Shown: positions 17,409 through 25,028 of the stretch, piece by piece
Layout of the letters: each line of letters opens with the position of its first letter
Position numbering within the stretch: the first letter of the stretch is position 1
Source of the DNA: Thermoplasmata archaeon
GTDB lineage: Archaea; Thermoplasmatota; Thermoplasmata; Lutacidiplasmatales; UBA184
Reading direction: 5' to 3'
Assembly (NCBI GenBank): GCA_035933635.1
Contig: DASYYY010000030.1
Coordinates: 2,911 to 66,910, forward strand
DNA length: 64,000 nt
Program-made: the position numbers and the translations under genes
The notes under the pieces: model-generated
Database searches by the model: none
What the model was told of the DNA's origin: nothing
What the model saw: only the letters and a program-made list of their open reading frames with translations

Positions 17409-18535
17409 CGGAAGCCGCGTTCTACGGGGAGTACCCGTTCCTGCCGGGGGCGGAGGAGCTCGCCGAGGGACTCGCCGGCTCGATCCGGGTGCTGCTGGAG
17501 GACCCGGCGCTTGCCCGTGCCCGCGAGCTCGGACGGGCCCGGGTCCGCGCGGCACTCGACGACCCGCGCGGGGAGGCCGAGATCGCCGAGCTCGATCGGG
17601 CCGAGCCCGGCGAGAAGTTCCTCTCGTTCCAGTACGCCCGCATCCTGCTCGGAGCGGCGGGTTCGCCGGCACCCAACCGACGCTGGGCCGTGTCGGAATC
17701 GAAGCGGGCCTGGGGCCGTCTGGGGGGCGCCCCGGTCGAGGAGCTGGTGGAGGTTTCCCGCCGTCTCGGCGTAGAGCTGACCGAGAGCGGGGAGGGGATC
17801 GAGGTCCCGATCGTCGACTATGTCAAGCTCGCCACACCGATCCGCGAGGGCGAGTTCCGCCTGATCCAACAGCAGGTCGGAGGGGGGCGCGTGCACGTCA
17901 GCCGGACCCGTGCCGCACGTCTGATCCAGGAGGGGATCCGCCGGAAGCTGAGCCCGCCCGTCGAACTCACCCCCGAGGTCAAGGAATGGCTGAGCTCGAA
18001 CGAATCGTCGCTCTTGGGGGAAGTGACCGCCCGGCTGCCTCCCCCGGTAGCTCGTACCGACTTCCGAGGCACGCCGTTGAAGGCCGCGGCGTTCCCGCCG
18101 TGCATCCGCAAAATGCGACGAACGCTGCAGGAGGGGGAGAACCTCTCGCACGCCGGACGGTTCGCCCTCGCCGCATTCCTTCACCGGGTCGGTGCGGATA
18201 ACGAGACGATCGTCGACGCCTACCGCGGCGCGCCGGACTTCGACGAGGGGGTCACGCGCTACCAGGTCGAGCACATCACCCGGCACGACGAGGGGCGCGG
18301 GTACACACCCCCGGACTGCGAGACGCTGCGGTCGCACGGGCTCTGCGTTCGGGAGGGCGACCCCCACGCGCCGGCGCCGGAGGACCGGGCGCGCGACGCG
18401 CTCTGCTTCACGCCCGATCTGAAGAGCCCGTTCCGGTACTACCGGATCCGCTCGGGGGCCCGGGAGGCGCGGGGGGCAGCGCCCGATACGTCGCCAGCGC
18501 CCGCGAAAGGGCGGTCCACTGACCGGCGAGAATGA
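17381..18535 (+). CDS. priL: DNA primase large subunit PriL
   Basis: FPPCIRKMRRTLQEGENLSHAGRFALAAFLHRVG and the Cys ligands ...PPDCETLRSHGLC...ALCF typical of the PriL Fe-S domain. Overlaps the S2P end by 28 nt and the convergent downstream gene by 128 nt. Confidence 0.85.
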   Translation: MDPVRAAPVAEAAFYGEYPFLPGAEELAEGLAGSIRVLLEDPALARARELGRARVRAALDDPRGEAEIAELDRAEPGEKFLSFQYARILLGAAGSPAPNRRWAVSESKRAWGRLGGAPVEELVEVSRRLGVELTESGEGIEVPIVDYVKLATPIREGEFRLIQQQVGGGRVHVSRTRAARLIQEGIRRKLSPPVELTPEVKEWLSSNESSLLGEVTARLPPPVARTDFRGTPLKAAAFPPCIRKMRRTLQEGENLSHAGRFALAAFLHRVGADNETIVDAYRGAPDFDEGVTRYQVEHITRHDEGRGYTPPDCETLRSHGLCVREGDPHAPAPEDRARDALCFTPDLKSPFRYYRIRSGAREARGAAPDTSPAPAKGRSTDRRE

Positions 18536-19124
18536 AGTAGACCAGCACCACGTCGAGGACGGTGAAGGAGAGCCCGTAGCCGGCGATCCGGCTCAGCGGG
18601 GCCGTGGGCGCCCACGGCCAGGGCAGCGAGAGGTCGAACTCGAGGAACGTGGCCAGCGCCAGGAGCAGCAGGCGGTCGGCCCGCGACAACAGACCGCGGT
18701 AGAGCCGGCCCTGCCCGACCGCCTGCGCCTGCGTGCCCATGTAGCTGGTCAGGAGCAGACTCGCGAGGGCGAGCAGCGCGACGATGGGGTTGGCGAACCC
18801 GCTCGCCGCGATGCCCAGGACGAGCGCCAGGTCGGCGTACCGGTCGAACACATGGTCGAGAAAGTCGCCGCGTACCGAGGTCCGGCCGGTGCGCCGCGCG
18901 ACCTCACCGTCGAGGACGTCGAAGACCCCCCCGAAGAAGATCAGGAGCGCGACGGGGAGGAACAGGTAGACAGTCGTGAACCGGACGAGCGCGGACAGGC
19001 CGGCCGCGGCCAGGCTCAGCCCGAGAGAGAGCCAGCTCAGGGAGGCCGGCGACCAGCCGAGGAACGGACGCGAGAGTCGCGTAAGGTACGGCTCGAGACG
19101 ACGCCGGTAGCCCTCGGCGACCAT
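18408..19124 (-). CDS. CDP-alcohol phosphatidyltransferase (archaetidylserine/archaetidylinositol-phosphate synthase family)
   Basis: Motif DVLDGEVARRTGRTSVRGDFLDHVFDRYAD matches D-x2-DG-x2-AR-x8-G-x3-D-x3-D. Multiple TM helices. Confidence 0.85.
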   Translation of the reverse strand: MVAEGYRRRLEPYLTRLSRPFLGWSPASLSWLSLGLSLAAAGLSALVRFTTVYLFLPVALLIFFGGVFDVLDGEVARRTGRTSVRGDFLDHVFDRYADLALVLGIAASGFANPIVALLALASLLLTSYMGTQAQAVGQGRLYRGLLSRADRLLLLALATFLEFDLSLPWPWAPTAPLSRIAGYGLSFTVLDVVLVYFILAGQWTALSRALATYRALPPAPPGPPSGSGSTGTGSSDRA

Positions 19125-19133
19125 CCGAACGTG

Positions 19134-19757
19134 CTACGGACGTCGACGTAAGAGATACTCGGTGGTGGAGGGATCGGACAGCCAGTCGAAACTTCCCCAC
19201 CGGGGCGGAGGCCGCTCGCGGATGATCCGGGTGACCTCGCGGGCGACCTCCCCGGGGCTCCGGTCGGTGGCATCCAGCTCCCAGATCCGACGCCGGTGCT
19301 GGCGCGCTTCGATCAGGATCAGATCGATCGCCTCGCTCACCACGTTCTCGAGCCGTTCGCGAGGGGTACCGCGTCGCGATCGCGTGAGCCTTCGGTCCAG
19401 CTCGGAAGGGCGGCAACGCAGGATCAGCGTATCGCGCACCGGGAGTAGATGCGCGAGGTGGCCCACGAGAACCCGGATGGGGACCCCCGGGGAGACGAAT
19501 CGGTCCCGCAGCAGCCCCAAATCCACTCGGGTGTCGCCTCGCTCCGTCCGGCGCCCGGCCCGCAGCTCCAGAGCAAGGTCGGCCACCTCGATCGGCTCGA
19601 ACGAGCGCGGCAGCAGGCGGGCGACGGTGGACTTGCCGGTCCCCGGAGTGCCCGTGAGGGCGACCCACCGTCCCCGCCCCCGGTGGGGCCTCCCGCCGTC
19701 GGTCGCCCGGGAGTCTTTTGGTGCAATCCGAGCCGCGGGTCCCCCGCGAAGGTTCAT
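19134..19757 (-). CDS. Fap7/AK6-like nucleoside monophosphate kinase (putative adenylate kinase)
   Basis: P-loop LTGTPGTGKSTVA, short NMP-kinase length, and conserved LRCRP/L.RL segments. The Arg/Gly-rich N-terminal 30 aa may not be translated. Confidence 0.65.
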   Translation of the reverse strand: MNLRGGPAARIAPKDSRATDGGRPHRGRGRWVALTGTPGTGKSTVARLLPRSFEPIEVADLALELRAGRRTERGDTRVDLGLLRDRFVSPGVPIRVLVGHLAHLLPVRDTLILRCRPSELDRRLTRSRRGTPRERLENVVSEAIDLILIEARQHRRRIWELDATDRSPGEVAREVTRIIRERPPPRWGSFDWLSDPSTTEYLLRRRP

Positions 19758-19823
19758 AAGGACCCCTCGTTATGAAAACCGACCCCCTCCGGGGTCGACC
19801 CGCCGCCGAGAGAGTAGAATCCC

Positions 19824-22800
19824 ATGAGCACCCTCCTAGGTAGTAGTGTAGACACGAGCCGCACCTTGAACCGCCCCGCGTTCCGCCTGGCCCTGCCCTT
19901 CCTCGCGGTGGTCATCATGGCCCTCTCGGGGGTGTTCTTCGCCACCGCTGCCGGAACACCGACGCTCGCGGCCGGTGCTCCGCATGCCACCGGTGCGTCA
20001 CAGTTTGCGATCGCTCCCCGCACCGGGCAGGAGCTGCAGCACCAGCCGTACCTGAGCTCGCCGGGGACGGGCACCTCGTCCGTTCCGAACGCGACGGTCA
20101 TCGGCAATACCCCTTCCGACCAATCGACGATGTTCACCGTCGGTTTCGACATGCGCAATGCGGCCGAGGCGGTCCAGATCCTCAACGAGCAGCAGACGCC
20201 CGGCTCTCCGATGTTCCACCACTGGCTGACCCTGGACCAAGAGAAGGCGATGTTCGCGCCGGACCCGACCGTCGTCCAGGACACGATCAATTACTTCACC
20301 TCGCTCGGATTCCAGGTCCAGACCCAGGGGATCCTCTCGGTTTCCTTCAGCGGCAAGGCCGTCCAGACGAACTCGGCCTTCCGAACCAACATGGTCGAGA
20401 TGCAGACCGCGACCGGTCAGCGCCTCGCCGTCAACTCCCTGCCCCTGTCGCTCCCCGAGGGGATCGCCCCGTACGTCGCCACCGTCAACGGCCTCAACCA
20501 GTACGACCAGGCCCAGATCACCAGCTTCGTCGACCCGTGGGGAACGAGCCTCTCGACCTCCTCGACGGCGGCTTCGCTGGGGGCCGGAGCGGCCCCGTCG
20601 GTCGGCGCGAGCGCCGCGGTGGCGCCGTCGGTGAACACCCAGGCCCCGCCGGGCGCGAACGTCACCAACATCAGCAAGATGTACAACTTCACCAACCACG
20701 CGTTCGGGTGGGTCGACTACTACTCGCACACGTTCAAGCAGTACCGGCTGTACCAGGTCGTCACGCCGGGCGCGCTCAGCTACCTCTACGGCGCGACCCC
20801 GCTCCTCAACGAGGGGGTCAACGGCAACTCCACCCACACCCCGATCCAGATCGCCATCATCATGGCCGGCGGGATCAACCCCGACGACCTCAAGCAGTAC
20901 GGCTCCGAGGTCTGGAACAACCCCAACAACATCCTCCAGCGCCTCAGCGTGATCCCCATCGACGGGGCCTACCAGCTCAACGGTACGCTCTACTACACCG
21001 ACGGGGCCTCGGGCGAGATGGCGCTCGACATCGAGTACTCGAGCACGCTGGCTCCGGGCGCCCAGATCATCGCGGTCTACGGACCCGGTCTGTACACCAA
21101 CGTGCTGGACGACGATTACGCCAAGCTCGCGGGGCTGGCCACCCCCCCGAACATCGTCTCCAACAGCTGGGGCGGCGAGGAGGACCGGTTCGGCTCGCTC
21201 TACGGTCCGACGTGGGAGAACGCGCTCACGATGCACAGCTACATCATGCTCCTGACCCTCCGCGGCTCCACGGTCCTCGCCTCGAGCGCGGACGGCGGCG
21301 GGTTCGACAAGGGCACCGGGATGCTCTCGGGTAGCTACCCGGCCACCGACCCCTACGTGCTCTCGGTCAACGGGGTACGGACGGCGGTCGCCGGCGCCGA
21401 CGGCAACGTCTACCCGACCAACCCGAACCTCGGCTGGACGAACATCAGTCTCGCGCCGGGCTCGTCGTACGAGAACTACGAGATGCGGATCGCGACGGCG
21501 ACGCAGATCGTCTACCAGAGCTTCTGGTACACCCCGACCTCGAACTACACCCTGCTCCGCGCCCCGCCCTACGCGAGCGGCGGCTTCGGGATCAGCAACT
21601 GGTTCAACCAGAGCTGGTGGCAGCACGGGCCGTTCATGCCCGACCTGGGACGCTCGCTCGGTAGCGGCGTCGCCGCCGAGGCCGACTTCAACGAGTCGAT
21701 CTTCTTCGACGGCGTCTGGGAATTGCGGTACGGCGGGACGAGCTTCGCCTGTCCGACGACCGCCGGGATGCTCGCGCTCGTCGAGGACTACCTCGCCAAG
21801 CACGGGATGAGCCCATACCTGGGGAACGGCAACGCCGTCACCACCCTCGTCGGGAACGCCTGGTACAACGGCAACCTTACCCTGAACCCCTACTACGACG
21901 TGACCAACGGGACGAGCTACTGGGGCAACCAGGGCGTCGCCCACGGCTGGTCGTGGCCGCCCGGGGATGCGTTCCCCTACAACGCCTACGGACCGGTGTA
22001 CGGCAACACGACCGTCGGCTGGGACTTCCCGACCGGCTGGGGTGTCATCAACCCGAACACGTTCGCGATCGACCTCTACACCCTCTACTCGATGCCGGGC
22101 CAGTTCACCACCTTGACGTCAAATGGGCTCAGTTACAGCCCGAGTGCTTGGGGAAACCTGGCGCTTAACGACACGTACACGCTTCACGTGAACGCAAGTG
22201 CGACTCTCAAGCTGTCAAACCCGCATGTCACTGTGATTTTCACTGACAGCTTGGGACACCGGACTTCGTTCCAGCCATCCCTCGTGAACACGAGTCTAGG
22301 CCCGGGTTATGACTTCGCATTGATCACTTCGGGGCCCCCATTCGACAGCCCCGGGTACATCTACTTCGAGTTCGGCAACGCGGCCAACCCGTCGCTCGGG
22401 TTCGCGTACTCGTGGATCGCCAAGGACATCCCGTCCTCGGGGAACCTGCAGGTCCAGGTCGTCACGCCATCGACCAGCAGCTATCCGGGGGGGTCGACGA
22501 TCTACAACTCCTACCTCGGCTGGATCGGAAACGTCGGTGATGCGCCGGACGGAGTCGCGCAGCCGTACACGAACACCTTCACGGTGCTCGTGACGGACAA
22601 CGGCAACCCGGTCTACAACGCCTGGGTCACCGCGACGATCCCCACGGCCGCGGACATCGTCTGGATGAACTCCATCGCCGCGGCGCGCGTGGGTTACCAC
22701 GGCGGGCTCGGCTCGGCCGAGACCACGAACATCATCTCCGGCTCGTACACCAACGTCAACGGCCTGGCGCTCGTCTCGACCGTGAACGTCATCAAGCCGA

Positions 22801-24881
22801 CCCCGGTCGTGATCCAGGCGAGCTACGGGCCGCTGAACGCGAGCACGAACTACCAGCTGTCGCCGATGCCCAACATCCGGCCCGTGGACAACTACGGTGG
22901 CAACTACTCGCAGTTCAATTTCATCAACTACCTGCTGAACTACTTCCGGGCCCCCGTCACCTGCCAGTGGGAGGACCTGTACGACCCCAACTCGTGCGCC
23001 CAGTCCGACTACAACTCGATGATCTACGGCTGGCAGGGCGAGGAGCTCAACATCTCGGTCAACGACTACCAGAACCACCCGCTCGCCAACCAGAGCGTCT
23101 GGCTCGGGAACTGGGACTTCGGCGACCAGACCCGGTTCGTCAACTACGAACCGTCCTACGGCGTGTACGGCATCACCAACACCTCGGGGGTCTACAACCT
23201 CAACGGCGGGCCGAACATCACGACCTCCGGGATGACCTCGCAGAAGGGCCAGGCGACGCTCTACATCCCCGACAACATGACCCCGCAGATCGGGTTCAAC
23301 TTCGTCGGCGGCCCCTACGCGGGGAAGTTCGCCGGGATCGACTACGTCGCCGCCTCGCTGCCGGGTTTGGAGAACCGGACGTTCAGCTACAGCGAGCCGT
23401 GCTCCCCGTCGGACTCGGTGCCGGTCCCGCTCATCAGCTGCCAGTTCAACAACTCCTTCCAGCGCAACTACACGACGGCCGCGGTCCTGGTCTTCCCCGA
23501 CCCGATCCACACCTGGACGCAGACCCGGGCGGGCGCGCAGCGCGACTTCTTCAGTACCGGGACGAACATCTCCTGGGGACTGAACGTCTCACTGCCCAAC
23601 AACGACCCGTTCCTGAGCGGTCCGGGCACGAACTGGAACCCCGGGCTCGAGCACGTCGTCTCGGTCAACGCCTACGTCGACGGCGTCTGGGCCGGTTCGC
23701 TCTCGCCCCAGGAACCGGGCGAGCAGTTCTGGTACACCTACGGCAATCTCAGCACGCCCGGGGCGCAGGGATACGCCCCCGGCATCCACACGCTGCTCGT
23801 GGAGGTCACCGACAGCCTCGGCCACACCTTCACCGACCGGCACGTCTTCGTGGTCGGCTCGGTCGCCTACCGCGACATCAGCCCGAGCAACGTCTACTCG
23901 CAGATGCCGTTCAACCTGACCTGGAACCTGCCGGGCTTCCCCGACGGCCAGGTCTCGAACAAGACGTTCAACATGTCGCTGGAGATCCGGTACGTGACGG
24001 GCGGCTGCGGGGGCGTCGACAAGTGCCCGCAGGTGGTCAACCTGTCGATCCCGGTCCACCCGCAGCAGGTGAACTACAGCCAGAGCATCAACCGCTCGCT
24101 GCTAATCAAGAACAACTTCTACAGCGGGGCGGGCGATCTACCGCCCGGTCAGTACCAGCTCATCGTCTGGTGGAACGCCAATCATAGCGGAAGCGTCTCG
24201 GCCGAGGCCTCGACGTTCCTCGTCTTCGACCCGTTGACCGCGCAGATCAACGGGCCGGGGCCGAACGCGCTCATCCCGCTCGGGAACGTGACGATCTCCT
24301 ACGCCTACGGCGGCCAGTACATCTCGAACGCCGTCCTCTCGGTGTACTCCGCCAAGACGCCGGGGATACCGGTCTACCAGGTCGGCGCCTTCCTGCCCGG
24401 GCTGACCACGCGGGGTGGCTCGGCGAGCTGGACGAGCGTCTCGGCCGGGGCGTACCTGATCGCGCTCAACCTGACCACCCCCTACGGCAACTACACCGCC
24501 CGTGAGTGGGTGAACGTCACGCTGGGCGCCCCCCAGGCGTACATCAACGGCTCGACCGGCCAGAAGCCGATCGCCGGGCTCCCCATCGCACTGACCGGAA
24601 CGGTCCTCGCCATCGCGGCGGGAGTCATCGGGCTCCTGCTCGGGATGCTGTTGGCCCTACCGGTCCGGCAGAACGGCCGTGGGCCGAACGGCTCGCGGAC
24701 GGGTGCCGGCGGCTCCGCCAAGCCCTGGGATGAAGGCGCTGCGACCGGTGGCGCCGGTGCCGCCGCCACTGCCACTGGCGCCGCGGCCGGAGGGAGCGTC
24801 TGCCCGATCTGCCACGAGCGGTTCGAGACGCCGTACGCGTTGGCCCAGCACGGCAAGATCATGCACGGGATCGAGGAGTAG
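19824..24881 (+). CDS. Sedolisin (S53)-like exoprotease 2 with a long C-terminal extension, TM anchor and cytoplasmic C2H2 zinc finger (1685 aa)
   Basis: Signal peptide FRLALPFLAVVIMALSGVFFATAAG. Pro-domain (PMFHHWLTLDQEKAMFAP). Catalytic motifs GEMALDIEYS, ASSADGGG and GGTSFACPTTAGM. About 800 aa of sequon-rich uncharacterised region. TM helix at 24570-24665. CPICHERFETPYALAQHGKIMH at the extreme C-terminus. Confidence 0.85.
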   Translation: MSTLLGSSVDTSRTLNRPAFRLALPFLAVVIMALSGVFFATAAGTPTLAAGAPHATGASQFAIAPRTGQELQHQPYLSSPGTGTSSVPNATVIGNTPSDQSTMFTVGFDMRNAAEAVQILNEQQTPGSPMFHHWLTLDQEKAMFAPDPTVVQDTINYFTSLGFQVQTQGILSVSFSGKAVQTNSAFRTNMVEMQTATGQRLAVNSLPLSLPEGIAPYVATVNGLNQYDQAQITSFVDPWGTSLSTSSTAASLGAGAAPSVGASAAVAPSVNTQAPPGANVTNISKMYNFTNHAFGWVDYYSHTFKQYRLYQVVTPGALSYLYGATPLLNEGVNGNSTHTPIQIAIIMAGGINPDDLKQYGSEVWNNPNNILQRLSVIPIDGAYQLNGTLYYTDGASGEMALDIEYSSTLAPGAQIIAVYGPGLYTNVLDDDYAKLAGLATPPNIVSNSWGGEEDRFGSLYGPTWENALTMHSYIMLLTLRGSTVLASSADGGGFDKGTGMLSGSYPATDPYVLSVNGVRTAVAGADGNVYPTNPNLGWTNISLAPGSSYENYEMRIATATQIVYQSFWYTPTSNYTLLRAPPYASGGFGISNWFNQSWWQHGPFMPDLGRSLGSGVAAEADFNESIFFDGVWELRYGGTSFACPTTAGMLALVEDYLAKHGMSPYLGNGNAVTTLVGNAWYNGNLTLNPYYDVTNGTSYWGNQGVAHGWSWPPGDAFPYNAYGPVYGNTTVGWDFPTGWGVINPNTFAIDLYTLYSMPGQFTTLTSNGLSYSPSAWGNLALNDTYTLHVNASATLKLSNPHVTVIFTDSLGHRTSFQPSLVNTSLGPGYDFALITSGPPFDSPGYIYFEFGNAANPSLGFAYSWIAKDIPSSGNLQVQVVTPSTSSYPGGSTIYNSYLGWIGNVGDAPDGVAQPYTNTFTVLVTDNGNPVYNAWVTATIPTAADIVWMNSIAAARVGYHGGLGSAETTNIISGSYTNVNGLALVSTVNVIKPTPVVIQASYGPLNASTNYQLSPMPNIRPVDNYGGNYSQFNFINYLLNYFRAPVTCQWEDLYDPNSCAQSDYNSMIYGWQGEELNISVNDYQNHPLANQSVWLGNWDFGDQTRFVNYEPSYGVYGITNTSGVYNLNGGPNITTSGMTSQKGQATLYIPDNMTPQIGFNFVGGPYAGKFAGIDYVAASLPGLENRTFSYSEPCSPSDSVPVPLISCQFNNSFQRNYTTAAVLVFPDPIHTWTQTRAGAQRDFFSTGTNISWGLNVSLPNNDPFLSGPGTNWNPGLEHVVSVNAYVDGVWAGSLSPQEPGEQFWYTYGNLSTPGAQGYAPGIHTLLVEVTDSLGHTFTDRHVFVVGSVAYRDISPSNVYSQMPFNLTWNLPGFPDGQVSNKTFNMSLEIRYVTGGCGGVDKCPQVVNLSIPVHPQQVNYSQSINRSLLIKNNFYSGAGDLPPGQYQLIVWWNANHSGSVSAEASTFLVFDPLTAQINGPGPNALIPLGNVTISYAYGGQYISNAVLSVYSAKTPGIPVYQVGAFLPGLTTRGGSASWTSVSAGAYLIALNLTTPYGNYTAREWVNVTLGAPQAYINGSTGQKPIAGLPIALTGTVLAIAAGVIGLLLGMLLALPVRQNGRGPNGSRTGAGGSAKPWDEGAATGGAGAAATATGAAAGGSVCPICHERFETPYALAQHGKIMHGIEE
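24801..24866 (+). other. C2H2 zinc-finger motif CX2CX12HX4H (C-terminal tail of sedolisin 2)
   Basis: CPIC-HERFETPYALAQ-H-GKIM-H read directly from the translation. It lies downstream of a TM helix and a basic residue. Confidence 0.75.
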
Positions 24882-24997
24882 GTCCGACCGGCGGCTCACG
24901 GTCTCGGCGCGAACCCTTTCCCCCCTCGCCGGCCGACGGCGCCACCGGCCGCATACGGATGGATACATGCGCGCCGGTTTCGTCGGCTGTTCCGCGA

Positions 24998-25007
24998 AAT
25001 TTAAGTA
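24998..25007 (+). promoter_or_regulatory. TATA-like box (AAATTTAAGT) about 27 nt upstream of ATG 25029
   Basis: The only A/T-rich element in the 148-nt spacer. The geometry is leaderless. Confidence 0.45.
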
Positions 25008-25028
25008 ACGAAAGTCGTCCCCATCGCC

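Noticed and set aside
15984-17672. N-terminal 560-aa extension of the 1968-aa ORF 11766..17672
   Set aside because: The extension is antisense to the well-supported M50 protease gene and is Arg/Pro/Glu/Asp low complexity. A signal peptide plus sedolisin pro-domain begins right after GTG 15983, which also has a TATA box 25 nt upstream.
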